A stretch of 64,000 nt of DNA from Octopus sinensis (GCF_006345805.1 NC_042997.1:176514001-176578000); one strand, 5' to 3'. Positions 49,902-64,000 are shown, counted from the stretch's first letter. Notes: generated from the letters alone by a model not told the origin. Made by a program: numbers and translations.

Positions 49902-50831
49902 GCACACACATATACAACCTCTGAGTTGAATGACTGGTGTTGAGAAGCAAAGCCAGTTCTAAAGAGAAGTAACAAGAATTTACAAACATAAATCATGCCA
50001 TTTGCGTTTTCGTGGATTAGTAGCTATAAAACAGAAAAAAAAAAATGTTGGTCAATCCCATTTTGTGAATTTCTTTCAATCATATTTGTTAGTCTCTTTG
50101 AACAAGAACTGTGTCAACCTCTGTAGTCAGAGGGAGCCTACAAAGGCCATTAGATGCAAATTGCCATCCTTCTCTGATTAATTAATTAAAAAGAAATTTG
50201 CCATCATCTTCTGTTGTAACCATAATCATTGTTTCATCTGTAATCTGGTTTCAATTTACTTAGCCTCTAATAACTCATGATACCTCTTGAATTAGTTAAC
50301 ACAAGCAGTGCTTTTGTTTTGTTTTTTTTTTGTTTTTTTGCAAGTTAAATTTTTGTTTGTTTTAAGTATGTATTGTAAAGTATACAAAAATTAATCTGAA
50401 CTAACAATAATATAATCCTCATTAGTGGATATTCTTAAGACAGTAATAAATCTCTTTTGACAGCATCATCATTAAGTGTCTCCTTTCCATGCTAGCATGG
50501 GTTTGACTGAAACTGGTAAGCTGGAAGGCTGTACCAGGTTCCAATCTGATTTGGCATGGTTTCTAAAGCTGGATGCCCTTCCTAATGCCAACCACCCCCA
50601 GAGTGTAATGGATGCTTTCTAGGTCATTGGCACAGATGCCAGTCACATAACACTGGCATCGTCTACGGCTACAATTCCACTTGGCTTCCAAAGGAAATAG
50701 AATGCTGTGTTTAAATAAGAAGTAAAATAGAATATCATTTTAGATTTATAATTCATAAAATTTGGCTCTCTTATATTACATTTGTAAAACCATAAATTTA
50801 CTCTTTTTTTCCTTCTTTTTTTTGATTCCAG

Positions 50832-50977
50832 CAGCAGCCTGATGTGGGTCCTTTGAAATTCATAAAAGACATTGAAAATATTCCTGTACCTAAACCTAGC
50901 CTTGAAGTTAGCACACATTTGGTTCACTACAATTTCTCACATGAATCTAATATTAAACACCAATTTAAGAAAAAATG
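50832..50977 (+). CDS. TRAPPC8: TRAPPC8 coding exon (tandem CAG acceptors; start may be 50832, 50835 or 50838)
   Basis: attccag|cagcag..|gtaaga; PDVGPLKFIKD...KPSLEVSTHLVHYNFSHESNIKHQF resembles MELLKFF...RPSVEQLSSLIKTSLHYPESFNHPF. Confidence 0.88.
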
Positions 50978-51079
50978 GTAAGATAGTTTTATAAGATGTA
51001 TTATATTGTTTAACCCAGCCTCTTACATTGTCTCTATAGAAGCTGTAAGTTTATTTAAATGTTAGCAAGTCTGTCTTGG

Positions 51080-51415
51080 TATGGAATACCACAACATTAT
51101 AAGCGGAAAATGTAACCTCTCGAAAGAGCTGTTCTTCACTCCTGCTCCAGTGTGTGGGCTGCGGGGTCACTCTGAAAAGCTCTATCTACAACGATTTCAT
51201 CTCAATCAAAGGAGAGGGGCTTTCTCCGTCCGGGTTGCAGATCCATGGAATAAGCTGCCAGACAAGATAGTGAAGATGCCGACGACCGCTCTGTTCAAAG
51301 TCTCTCTTTACCAGGAATGGCCTGAACTCTTTGTATGACCACCCTCCCTGTACATAACCTCCTGTCCCCCTACATGGCCTTGCTTTTGCTTTTTGAGCCA
51401 CTAAAAATTTAATTG
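51080..51415 (+). mobile_element. LINE 3' end (CR1/L2-group), 5'-truncated, relatively young
   Basis: LRGHSEKLYLQRFHLNQRRGAFSVRVADPWNKLP...* followed by a short 3' UTR; retains CpGs. Confidence 0.85.
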
Positions 51416-51706
51416 AATTATCGAGATTTTTTTCCTTGATTAAATCTTTACAAAATGATTCAGTTTACTGTTTAAGTTGGATAATTAAACTTAAACGTAG
51501 TTGCTAAATTTATATAACTAAATTTGATTTCACCATTTAATACAATGATAAAATTTATGATTTACTAAAATTAAACTGTATAGTTTCAGAAAGTCATGAC
51601 TGTTATAAAATACACTGTGATTATATATTGTCCTAGTACATAGGAATGACTATACATCATTTTATGTAATCTTCCTTTAATAAATTTATTTTTGCATTAT
51701 TTGTAG

Positions 51707-51796
51707 TCTATGTCTGCTGCCAGTAAGAATGATTTTATGCAACTGTTCAAGAGTTCCAGTACATGTTCTCATTGATACAGGAAAATCACCAGAAAG
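51707..51796 (+). CDS. TRAPPC8: TRAPPC8 coding exon
   Basis: atttgtag|..|gttagt; LCLLPVRMILCNCSRVPVHVLID matches LCLVPVTLLLSNCSKADVDVIVD. Confidence 0.93.
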
Positions 51797-54700
51797 GTTA
51801 GTACTGTTAGTCATTCATAATGTTTAATTTTCTTCTTTGTAGAACAGGATAGAAGTATTAGTCTAAATATATTTGTTCCATTTTTTTGCGCAGCATTTCG
51901 TGGTTGCATTCCACCCATCTTCTTTTGATACTCCATTAACTTAAAGTGTTATTGTTTCTTAAGAACGCCTCAAAATTTTTCCAGTAGGTTTTCATTTGGA
52001 ACCTGACAAAGATTTCGTACATTTTGTCAATCAGTTTTAACATCAGAATGTTAGATTTATTTATTTACATAGCTTTCTTTCATAGTAACATTATCCTTTG
52101 TCAAGATTCTGATATTTTGTGCCTGCATTTCCTCAATCCTGTATGTTTGTTTTCAAGAAAATCTTTCTGTTAATTCCTACTCTAAGATGTTTTTGTATTT
52201 GTTGTATGGATTAAAAAGAAAAACATTTCTATTGAACTTTAAAATAGGTAAATTAATATCCATATATTTAAACAATTAATGCTACTATTGTTTATTAAGA
52301 GTAACCTTTGTTCTATCTATTATCTTTCATGTTAGTTTTCCATTTTATTAGTGCAATGTTTAAAAGAAGCTTACCTGTATTAAGCAGTTTTGCTATTACA
52401 CTGGTCTATATTGATAAGGGTTAAGTATTTGGTAATCAATTGTTGTTTGAAAAATGAATAGATTAAGAAAAACAAATTTTGTTTCTGATTTAACTTTTGT
52501 TACTTATATAATTGACATAGTTTTTTTTTTAAATTACTGATGCATTAAGAGTGTTTTTTGATGCTATGGTTTACTATAAAATAAACTTTTAGATGCTTTA
52601 TACTACCTCACAATGGACAGAAAAGGAGGGATCAGTTGAATCAGTTTCAGTTTTTACTGAGATGTCATCAGCAACTGACTGTCTTTAACTGTTCGTGGTG
52701 ACATTGTATTTATAGCCATTATTATTAAGGGTTTTATTTAACTGGATATACTGATTTGCATAAATGTTGCCTTTCTTGGCAGTGAGTTTAATTAATAAAT
52801 TAGGCATTAGTTTAATTAATTTACACATAAAATGTTGATTGAAATCTAGGTTTATTTTCATTTTTGCAGTCATATTAATACTATATCAATTTGCTCAAAC
52901 ACATCTTACTCAAATTTTTCAGTTAATTTCATTATCAAAATGTTTGTAAAACTTTAGTGTTTCTCTTTCCCCAAGTAGGGAAGAAATTGATTGCTTATTA
53001 TTTATAAAGCAAAATAGATCTTCCTTGTGAGAAGTTTAAAATTTAAGTTTTATTATTTAATGCTATATGGAATTCAACAAACTATTTTACCATTTTCAAT
53101 ATTTTATTTCAATTTCAACAACCAAAAAAATTATCTTCACTCTATTCCCTTATTCTTTTATACTCTCATATGCATATTCCTGTTGGCATTGTTACTCCAA
53201 ATTTCAGAATTTCCCATTTTTTTTTATTGAAATGCCAAGATTAACACTGGTTATAGGGCTTTTTTTCTCTTATTTTTTAAACTGTGTATCGAAGTCCCTA
53301 AATGATTTAAAGATTATAATCATTTGCATTTTGTGTGAGAAAGGCAGAGATAAAGAGAAAACGGGACACAGAATATATTTTGGATTTTATTTATTTAAAA
53401 AAATGTCTGATGGAATACAGATTCATGTTATTCCACATGCTATTTTATTTGGCTTTTCACAACTACTTTGCTTTCTTTCACTAGTTTTGATCTGTTTCTG
53501 ACATTTCGTTGCTTTAGTTCTGACCACTAGTTTTTGCTTTACATTTTATTGGGATGGAATATATTGGGATATTTTAGCATGGATTTGTTTTTTATACAGC
53601 TGCATTTTATCTTCCAAATCACTGCTTTTTTTTTTTTTTAACTGTTTCGGTTCTTATCTCACATTTCAAAAAATTTTCTTTGCTGATACTATATATTGCC
53701 ACATTTTATAGTTAATGCAGCTATTGGGAATAGTTTATAAATCCAGCCTCACAGATATTAAAATTATTCATTTTATCTGCATATGAGGCATTAGTATTTA
53801 TAGTTCATAATATGTAAGAAAGGACAAAAATAATTTCACTTACCTCCTTAAGAAGAATAAATATTAATAACTTTATTTAGTCTAAGAGAACCATGTTCTT
53901 GATTTAACTTATGTAAATAATGCATATATGATATTTACTTGAATATAAGGTAATGTCAAATATGACTTCCACAGCTAAAAATTCATTTGTTTTATCCTTT
54001 TTTATATTGTTAAAATATTACACTGTAAGCAATATCTCTTTTTCACATCCTTAGTTGTTTATAAAGGTATATACTCATGATTTTTTTTACTTTACTAGCA
54101 TATATTGGTAATGTAACTTACTCATTTTAAACTGTCGTCTTTTAAACAATGGTGTGTAACTACACACCATTCTAACAGAATTACACATCATGCTAACAGA
54201 ATTAACAATTGCCATTCAATTGTATATGCATCCAGTATTTCATAGCTGTAGGCAGTGATCTGTAGACTTAATTTAAATAGATATCTCAGGATTACTGCCT
54301 TTAGTATAGTTTTCATAGGTTTATTGCATTAGTTATTTTAAATGGGTATAATGCCATCCCCATATTCCATTTTGCTTCTGATTTCATAAATTTTTCTTGA
54401 TATACATAAATACAATATTTTGCTGGAGTGGGTGATGATTAAAAACGTTTAGCTTGCTTTTAGATGTGGGGATAAAACACAAATAGAGGTGAGGAGAGGT
54501 TAGCTACATTGAGTGGTTTTTAGCTAAGTTAATATGCAACATCTAGTTCTGAAGTGCAGAAACCATTGTAGTTGCAGTAAAATAGACATTGCTGATAAGG
54601 AAAGAAATTGTGATTAAAATTCTCAAGTGTTCTTAGACCAAGCTGGATGTTGTAAAGTTTGGTTCATAAAAGGATTCTTGGGTTTGTCTCACATAGTTTT

Positions 54701-55930
54701 TACAACAATGAAAAGCTGAGACAGTTGATCTAAATTTTCCAAATCAATTTTTTTATTAAATAACGTAAAACCAGTTAGAATATCCAAAGCACTTCAAAAG
54801 CTCAATATGTTATAGAAATTATGTAAAGCATAAAGAAAATCTTGTTTATTATAAACTTCACTTTAATTCTTTATATCCTCTATAGAAAACTCATATCTAA
54901 ACATGCGAACTAAGAATTGGAGCAGTGAGGATTAAAAGAAAAAGACACTTAAATGCCTATTGGCATTTTCTGTATTATAGATTAAAATTAGTTGCTGCTG
55001 TTGTTGTTGATAGCCTAAGTTAGCTGTGTTTAAGACATACAGCATAGAGGTGGCTGATCTAATGTGGTAATAGTGTTGAATTTTGTCTGGTCAGGGTTTT
55101 AACTATAGCCATCCTGTCTTTTTGGTGAGCATGTTGTCCTTAGCTTTGAGGATTTAAATTATATAGTACTCATTTGAAAGTCTAGGAAAATTGGCTGGTA
55201 CACTGTGTAATTACATATAGATATTTTTTCATTGTAATTCTTTAACATAGCATAAAGGATAGCCTCTGGCAAATCAAGAACAATTTTCAGTTGTTGTTCT
55301 CAGTACAACAACTGAAAGATAGTTACATACATACATATATAATAATTATATACATATATAATAAGATAGTTATATACATATATAATTATTTTATACACAT
55401 GCACACATATACTACTATTACTGTTACTACTGCTAACTAATAACTAAGTGTAAAAGGGGGACTAAGGCTAATGGTGAAAATATATCTTTTATCTAATTCA
55501 TCTGAATTATTTAAGAAAGAAAAATTAAAATAGACTTCTAATGTATATATACATAAGGTATGAAATGTTTTGAAATCCTTTTACAATTTGAGAAGAAATA
55601 ATTAACTGCCACGACAATAGATTTTTAGCTTCAACTTTTTAATTTTTGTCTCAAATATATTTTATTCCTTGAAAAATTTTTGGTTCAAGCAAAATCTAAA
55701 CACTAAAAATGTTAATTCAGTAAGTTGTTATTTCATTTTATTTAACCTTTAATATAAATGCTAAATATTTTGAATTGTTACATTTACTTTGTTGATATTG
55801 TGTTTTGTACATAGATAACTTGTAATTTTCTTAGTTATAAAGATTTTCTCAGTAATAAGTCTAGATAAATGAAAATTGTTTCTCAAAATAAAAATAAAAA
55901 ACGCCTTCCAATTTTTACTATTATTTTTAG

Positions 55931-56270
55931 GCTGAGCAGTAGTGGTGACCAGGTTTTTATCTCAGCAGAAACTACTACTTCATCTGGAATAGGGACACCT
56001 GCACCATGTGTTGGATTACCATCATATTTATCTTTGTACCAGCAAAGTCAGAGCAATGCTTTTGTATGGTGTGGTCATTCGCTGATTGATTTACATATAG
56101 GACCCCAGCACTCACAAACTGTTACCCTTACTGCATGCTTTTCCAAGCCTGGAGTCTATAATATTAATCAGCTCTCAGTATTTGTCACCTACACAACTGA
56201 TTCCTCAGAGATGATCCTGCAGAAACAGAGTGCTCCCAGTCTTGTTGTTATAAGTGATATTTCTTCATGA
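55931..56270 (+). CDS. TRAPPC8: TRAPPC8 terminal coding exon with stop
   Basis: atttttag|; FVWCGH...VTLTACFSKPGVYNINQLSVF...PSLVVISDISS* matches FTWLGQ...LQLKACFVHTGVYNL...PALIIISNV*. Confidence 0.95.
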
Positions 56271-56947
56271 TGATCCACATTTTTCATAATGGAGAAGAAG
56301 ACTAAAAAATTTTTTTCTTTTCCAGTTCATAAATTTAGCAACTTAATTTTTTTCCCCCCTGAATGACGGTACTTAGCCTAACTAACCTTGGTGATTACTT
56401 TGACACCAAAATGACACTATTTCTGATTTTCCAAAAGTGCTAATATGAACAGTCTCCATTAATTGAAATCAAAGACACACATACAGAAGCTCACACAAAC
56501 TTACACACACAAAGTAGCACTTCAAAATATTGGTTTGTTGTGTGCACATGAATGGAAACTTAAGATGACTGATTGATGAGAGATTTTATTAGATGAATGG
56601 ATTGTTTCAAGGGACCTGATTACTATATAAAAAGCAGAAAAGAAAATGGCAACTTTGTAATTGTGAAATATTTTGATTGTATTTACTATTCTGGTAAAGG
56701 AGCTTATTAAAGTTTTACTTTGCCTTTTCACTGACCTTTAAGTATATTTCATTATTTATAATTTTTTTTTAATTGACCTTCAAATCTTTGTTGCATTAGA
56801 TTTCTATTTATTTTTTCCTCAAATTTAGCTTGTACTTGCAGATTTTGGGGGTTTCAGAAGAATTAATTGAGCAACAAATCTGGTGTGTATAAAATCTGGT
56901 TTCAATTCCAAAATGATAAGATTGTAAAACATAATTTTTTTTTTCTA

Positions 56948-56953
56948 AATAAA
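56948..56953 (+). promoter_or_regulatory. Possible polyadenylation signal of TRAPPC8
   Basis: AATAAA about 680 nt after the stop; AT-rich context makes chance occurrence likely. Confidence 0.25.
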
Positions 56954-57477
56954 GTATTCATATTGTTAATTCTCCCATTATCTATGGAGATATATACAAA
57001 CAATTTCTTAAAATATAAAAAAATGCTTTTCTAAATTCATTTCTTTAAGTTATCACTTTCTTAGTGTTTACTTGTTATTCATTTAAATATCTTGAATCAA
57101 AACACTTGAGTTCTTAAGAAATTAATATTGACTCTCAATTGAAACCAGTGTAACCAAAAAGAACATATTTGCTGGCATATAATGAGTACCAGAGTTAAAG
57201 AGATACCAACAGCTTTAGAGTTGTGATTTAAGAGGAAAATGTATTGTCCAAGTTCACCCAAACATTTTCCATGACCTGCTCTATAAAAGGTTTTCAGGAT
57301 ACATAAAAAGCAACAAACAAATATATGCCAGCAACTATGTATTGAGGAGCCTGAATGCAAAATAGAGAGCATGTTATTGATCTCATTTTATTTTTGCCAT
57401 GGAAAGTAGTTACTATGCAAATGTTTGATCAGCATTCTTGATGTGAACATCTCATTTATTCTTTTTTTTTTTCTGGC

Positions 57478-57481
<4 letters not shown>

Positions 57482-57532
<51 letters not shown>
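57482..57532. repeat. (TTA)n microsatellite (second tract at about 57750-57790, the two bracketing a family A SINE)
   Basis: Direct reading. Confidence 0.9.
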
Positions 57533-57533
<1 letters not shown>

Positions 57534-57758
57534 AGCAGTGAACTAGCAAAATCATTAATGTGTTGGAAAAATGCTCTGCAGCATTGCTTCCATCTCTTTG
57601 TTTTCTGAGCTCAAATTCTGTTGAGTTTAACTTTGCCTTTCATCCATTCAGAAGTCAATAATATAAGTACCAGTTGAGCACCGGATTCAATGTAATCAAC
57701 TAACTCGCTCCTCTTTAAATTGCTAGCCTTGTGCTAAAATTTGAAACCATTATTATTA

Positions 57759-57790
<32 letters not shown>

Positions 57791-58735
57791 TGTTTAAGAA
57801 AGCATCATGTCCTAAGTGTAGATCCAATTGTAGAGATTGCAGGGCAATTTTCGGGTGATTTTACTCCTACACTGAGCTGAACAGGCAATTAAATAGAATT
57901 TCTCTTACTATATAAAATGCATGTTCTAAAAAAATAAAATTTTTTATATTAAATACACAAATGATAGAAAGAAGAAAAACAAAAAGGGAAATTAAAAGGT
58001 GCTCAAACAAGTTGTCTGTATGATTTATTTTGCCCTTCAGTAGGATCATGAGCTAGATTCTTTAGATATTAGAACCCCAGTGCCCTACCCACCCTGCCAC
58101 CTATATTTCTGCTCTCAGGAGGTCTTCCCTACAGATTTTTCTGTAATTCTCGTGATAAATTATTTAAAAGAAAATTTTCCCTCTCCAATTTTCTCTGCCT
58201 CTTTCAGTGCATGAAAGGAATAGCTGGTTATGGGTTTTATACATGATAACACACCTCAGTATTGAGCAAACAAAATCTCTTGCCTAGGGTCTACCAGATA
58301 CTGTAATATTTTAACAAGGAAACAAATCTGACAAAGACACACTTATGTTGACTACAACTCCTCATGATATTATCTCCCCTGTGTTATTCCATTCTTTATT
58401 ATACCTACACGTGTGCATGCACACACACAATTATCATCATTGAGCTGTAAAGCCACATAAGTGACTCAAGGGCATAGTTTTGTGCATGACACTCATCGAA
58501 TTTATGTGAATTTAAGAGCCTTACATGAAATAGAAATCAATAAGCAAATTAGAGCATATATTCCTTTATCATTTAATTCTGTTTTGCCATATTGAATTTT
58601 TTTTTCCTAGTATGTACCACCAAGCATATATATATATATATATATATATATCTTTTTTGAAACAGTGGATCTCGAAGCACATAAAGCTATAAATATGTAA
58701 ATATTGGATAGAAAAAATTGAAGGTGACCCATATC

Positions 58736-58736
<1 letters not shown>

Positions 58737-58780
<44 letters not shown>
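58737..58780. repeat. (CA)n microsatellite
   Basis: Direct reading. Confidence 0.95.
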
Positions 58781-58783
<3 letters not shown>

Positions 58784-58784
<1 letters not shown>

Positions 58785-58974
58785 GATGGGGTGTTGAAAA
58801 GTTCCTGGCATTAGGTAAAAGAAAATACAGGAGGATCAGTTAATTATGATTATTATTGAAAGTAATCCCCTCTCAGATTCACACACTTATTGCAGTGGTC
58901 CTTCAGTTTCTCTAAGCCCTGTAAAAGAACTTGAAAGATGGGGCCTCCAACCAGGCCTTTTCAGCACCCCATTT
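58784..58974. mobile_element. Mariner-derived MITE (~190 bp)
   Basis: TIRs ggggtgttgaaaagttcctgg / ccaggccttttcagcacccc next to a (CA)n tract. Confidence 0.75.
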
Positions 58975-61900
58975 TATATGCTCATTAAAATTAATGTGCA
59001 TAAAATATTTTCAAAAGAAAAATATTTCGATCCTTTATGTGTGTGTATATGTGTGTACATGCATACATACCTTTTTCTACATTTATTTGTCATTTGTTAA
59101 AACAGTGAATTTTGTTTCTCTTAATATCATGTTTATTCTAAAGTTTATCTATGCAGTTGATTTACTATTTCCTTATTTTGAGTTTTATTATTTTTTTTTT
59201 AAAGAAACCAGTTCTGTACTTGTACATTATTCACTATCTATGGATGATCAATATACTATAAACATCCACTGTAAATTGTAATATCAATAACTTCTGTTCA
59301 CCACTATGTATAATTTATTAACATTGTAGACTTTGATTTTTGAAGTAGTACGTCGTGGAATCTGTTAGGAAACACTTGAATTAAGAAGGCAAATGTGAGA
59401 TGGAAAAATGGGTTGGTGAATATGTGTATACACATGTGATATGCAAACACACACAGAGCTAAAGTTGGCAGTCAATTCCTCCTGTCCATCATACATTGCT
59501 TCCAGTGCAACATAGGATGCTTTTGCACCTCTCTGAGTATTTAACCCTCATACGAACACTCATTTGTGTCAGTATATCTGATATATAGATCTGCACATGT
59601 GGGTTTAGAGGTTTACTTCTCAATCCTATTGCACAGCATCATGGGTGAATGTTTTTTTACTATAACTCTCTGCCAGCTAATGCCTTGTGAGGGAATTTAG
59701 TATATCAAAACAGAAGTGTGTGTGTATGCTATGGCTACAAATGGTGACCTCACTGTTTGTAGCTGGGCTGCAACTGGTGATGTTTGTCAGCACTTCTTGT
59801 TAACAAACTGTCACTAGCTCTGTGTGTTTGAAATTCTTTCAAAAGAAGAATCTTTTCTTATTTGAAAAAACAGCTAAGGGTTAGTAAGAAGAAGAGCATC
59901 CAGCTGAAAATATCTTGCCTCAATATAACTCCAGTCTAAGCCATGCTAGCATGGAAAAACAAACATTAGAGGAACATACATTCATACATATGAACTAAAA
60001 AAAAAATACTTTAGTGTAGAAATATAGTTATTAATAAAATTCAGATATCTACAAAAACTGTATTAATTTATTAAAATACTATACTGCTGTGATGGGATAG
60101 TCTCTTTGTTTTGTTGACCACCTTTCTTTTATATATTTTATTAGCACCTAAACACATGTGAGTTAGTATTATATTTTACTTCTAACATTACAATATTTTT
60201 TTTTCAAAAATGAAACTGAGAAATAAATACATAAAAATGATTTATTTGGGAAAAAAGTGATTATTTGTTTATATATGGGATTTATTTACCTTCCAATTAT
60301 AATTTTCATTATAGAAATATTCTGAATAATACAAATTTGCTGTCTTCTTTAATGGAAAAAAAAGTCTCTAAGAAAGATATATTTTTCTTTAATTAAATTT
60401 ACTTGTTCACGTGGTGGTCTTGAATGAATAACGAATGTATAATATAAATATAGTTATAAATGAAGAATAATCAAATTTTCAAAAAAAAATTGTTTGAATG
60501 ACATTCTAGTTGAACAATGGCATTCTAGTTTGTCATTTTGTTTTTGTGAAGTATTGATCTCCCATGGAAAGATTGAAAATAAAGTGTTATTTCTATTTAC
60601 TAAAATCCTCATCCTTTCACTATCATTCAAAGAATTATGTTTTATTTATTTCTCTATTTTATTTATTTTTATATTACCGGGGCTACACAAATCTATGTAG
60701 AGTTCAGTGAACTTGACCATGGACACAGAAACGTTTTGCTGAGCTCGTGCTCATCTAATACTCTAAAAATTTGACCTTTTAACAAATTCACTTCTCGTAA
60801 CACTCCCTCCTTCAGTCTCTATGTACTTCTGTTTTCCATTTCACATTACTATCAACACTATTACATAATGCGGAAGCTACTGTCAATCATCGAGAAATGG
60901 CAGCCAAATTCACTCAAATATAGTAAAACAGTAGAATTTGAGAAAACTAGTGATGTTCAAATACATCCTATTTTTAAAAAATTAAAACATGGACATTATG
61001 TCCCTAATATATGAAGGTACAAAATGGTTATGGTTGAAATACCTTTGATCATATATTGATTTAATTGTAGCATACCTGAGGCTAAGCAACAACAACAATC
61101 ACCTATCTGCCACCATTCAAATTCAGTATTATCTGCATTAAATTTCACCCAGCTATCATCTGAACCTCATTATCTGGTAATGTCTCAGAAGGCTACAAGA
61201 TTTTCCCAACTCCATTGATGAAGAAATGTTTAAGAATCCTCCAACATTCCCATCTTCCTATTGTTTAGGAATGTTTAAAACTCCTACAGCACACATAATT
61301 ACCAACTCCTGCTTTCATGGAAGGTTTAAGATAACTTACCCTCCTTTTCCATTGTGTAGGAAGATTTAAGATGGCCACAGTATTCCCCAGTCTCGTCTGA
61401 CATATTACTCACATCACACCACCTCACCAAGTATTTTCTTTTTCCATGCAACACTAACCACTAAGCCTACTTCTTTCCCAGACTGACAGTCCTCTAGAAT
61501 TTCCATCCTGCTCATGTTTTTCTTCTGATGTTTTAGCAAGTTAAAATACAAGCTATCAATTTTACTAATCTCTCAGAACCTGCAAAAGTCTTGGACACTG
61601 CTACATTCTCCCTCTGACCAAACCATTAAAATAAGTACATCCACTATACAATGATGGATCTTGCATTAGTTTCAGTGATTATTCCAGTTGTTCAATAAAT
61701 GAAACTACCTATTTGTTGAATTAAAAACGAATGTGGTTGAGTATTCCACAGACAGTTATACCCTTAACATAATCCTTAGGAAGAATCAGTGTGTCGTATA
61801 TGATAAGGTTGGCTCTTTGAATCTCAGATTTACTATATGACAGGTTTTCATACTGTTTCTATTTAACCAATGTTAGTCACAAGGTATGAAGAGCAGGTAA

Positions 61901-62383
61901 GTTCAACCAGAGGTTATAATAGAAGCACTTGCCTAAGATGTGATGCAGTAGTCACCATATTTTTGTCAATGCAACATTAAGAACTTCAACTAAACTCTTT
62001 TCTAAAATTACTAAAAAATTATATTGGAGGCAAAGAACCTCTATAAACCAACAAGAAATTCTGCCATTTCTTTGTCTTTCCGTCCTCCCCAAATCCCTTT
62101 CTCTTAGGAGGGATGATAAAGTTAGTGGAAAGGAGCCAGAGAAGACATGAAAATACTCTTAATTGATGCCAACACTCACCATTACCAGTTTCCAATAAAG
62201 AAAGAAAAATGTTTCTGAAATACTTTAAAAAAAAATTATCAGTATGTTGGTTGTAAAACCTTGCTTGCTCTTACTCTCCCTCTCTCATTGTTTTTGATTA
62301 CCAGCAAACGAATGAGTACTCAGTACATGTAGATTATATGAAACTTATAAGTTCTGGTAAAACACTGGTTTGTTTCTCATGAA

Positions 62384-62598
62384 CCCTTTAGCATTCACAT
62401 TATTCTGTCAAAAGTCATGCTTATTTATTCACAGTTTTAAATTAATCATATATTATCTTGTAGCATTGAGATTTTGATGAGGTGATCACTTATTTTTTAG
62501 AATGACATTGTAGAGTAGGTATAAGAGGCTGGATCTGGCCAGTTTGAATGTAAAACAGAATAGTTTGGACAGATATGGCCAGTTTGAATGCTAAAGGG
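62384..62598 (+). mobile_element. piggyBac-type MITE
   Basis: ccctttagcatt...aatgctaaaggg termini; internal sequence matches the 43461 copy. Confidence 0.75.
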
Positions 62599-62609
62599 TG
62601 AAAGATCAA

Positions 62610-63450
62610 TCTGGTGGTGGGTTGTACCTTAGCAGGATCTGTCAGTAATTTTATGTGACTTATTGTGTAGTGGAGATACAGCAGATTACTGATATGGGTA
62701 GGGAAAAGCCAACAATTTGAATAGCTTGAGAATTTTGGAAGTTTTCTGAAAGAAATGGCTCTCTGTGACAGCAGAGATAAGATCTGGGCTCTTTTGTTAA
62801 GTGATCATGTTGCCTGTTTCAGAATTTGGAATTATTCAGTTAAGCATAATTCACAGTCCTTGCTCTCTAAATCCATTATATTGCAGGCAATTCCATAATT
62901 TTTTGGTATATTGTGCTAAAGAAGTACAATTCACTCATTCATCTTCGATGAGTGTAAATGATGGTTGTATCTAATCTTAAAGTGGCTTGCAATAAGTCCT
63001 GGGTGTTATTTTTGCTATATATACTGCTTCTCATAGAGGCAAGATTTTTCAAGTGGACAATTTTGGAGTTTTCTGTAATTAAAAGCTGGCTGTTGGGGTG
63101 GGATTGGCTTTGTGTGTCTGGGTAGGGTGTGAGATCTGGGAAGTCCTACTGTCCAGACAGAAGGTTGCTTTCATTTATTGGGGTTGAAAAGTTTTTAATA
63201 TTTGCATGTATTGTTGGTAAATGAATTAATCAAGATAAGACATTCCTATCTATGCTGGTGTAGGGAAGTATCCAGTCATATAGGAATTTTTTTTAATTCA
63301 AGGTACTCTCAACAAATATCCCTACACTAGAACCCTGAACTAGATAAAGATGGAAGTTTATCAATGTCCAACATGAACAGCTATACCAAAGAAAAGAACT
63401 GGTCTGAATAGTTAAGGAATACAGTTTGAGCATCAGTATTAAAACCAACC
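62610..63450 (-). mobile_element. Decayed LINE RT remnant
   Basis: Fragments such as TKRAQILSLLSQRA..F and other post-RT similarity to the 23.3-23.6 kb family. Confidence 0.4.
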
Positions 63451-63569
63451 TAAGAATAGTTAGTTTTTAAACATGACACTAAATCTGTTTATCCAGGATA
63501 AAATAATTTTGGATACACTATAGCTTTAAAAAATTCATGATAATCATTATTGGAAGAATTTATTAATGT

Positions 63570-63700
63570 GCAACTATCACAAACTCTTCAACACTAATAA
63601 TGTAAAAGTAAGATAGTGTTGTCAGGGCAGCATTGCTTTCCAGATTTCATACCACAATCTAAGATGCGCACTTAACCGGCTAACACTCTAACAAAATGGG
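63570..63700 (+). mobile_element. Possible Penelope-like element fragment
   Basis: KLFNTNNVKVR*CCQGSIAFQISYHN resembles PLE KLFNRNNVKVSYSCMPNIASIISGHN. Confidence 0.45.
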
Positions 63701-64000
63701 TATGATGCAGTCTTCCACTGAATGATTCTAAACAAAGAATCAATCCACCAGCAGATTATATTCAACTTCACATCACCGGAAAGTCCTCATGTGATATAAA
63801 ACTCTGAGTAAAGAGATAGTAAAGTCATCAGCAGTTTCCTAATAAATTAAAATATTATTAAAAATATTTCTTTTTTTATTGTCTTTCTTTTATCTTTCAT
63901 TTTATCACTTTTTTCCTTTTATTTCTCTCACTCATACACTCTCTTTTCTATTTCTATATATTTCTTTTCACTTTCTCTATTTTTCTTTATTTTTATCTCT

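Noticed and set aside
56271-64000. A neighbouring gene downstream of TRAPPC8
   Set aside because: No exon-like ORF with splice sites or recognisable homology; only repeats and AT-rich sequence.

Overview
AT-rich eukaryotic DNA. The SINE/MITE families and microsatellite style suggest an octopus (coleoid cephalopod); this is inference from remembered repeats, not a database hit. The window holds the 3' ~80% of one + strand gene, TRAPPC8 (TRAPPIII subunit, Trs85 homologue). 23 GT-AG exons between 19431 and the stop at 56270 have compatible phases and join into 3570 nt (1189 codons + stop). The N-terminal exons lie upstream, so the first intron is >19 kb. One further exon (34567) starts correctly, then loses homology and hits a stop, and a conserved motif appears missing from exon 39656-39874. 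Introns are full of repeats: tRNA-derived SINEs, LINE fragments, pogo fossils, a near full-length mariner, piggyBac- and mariner-type MITEs, and minisatellites. Most notable: a complete minimal hammerhead ribozyme motif at the apex of a 147-nt hairpin in sense orientation in an intron (45864-46010), a 254-bp loopless palindrome inserted with a target-site duplication (41636-41889), inverted SINEs bracketing a symmetric 105-nt exon, and a decayed U1A/U2B'' retrocopy. Most ORFs in the supplied track are repeat artefacts.
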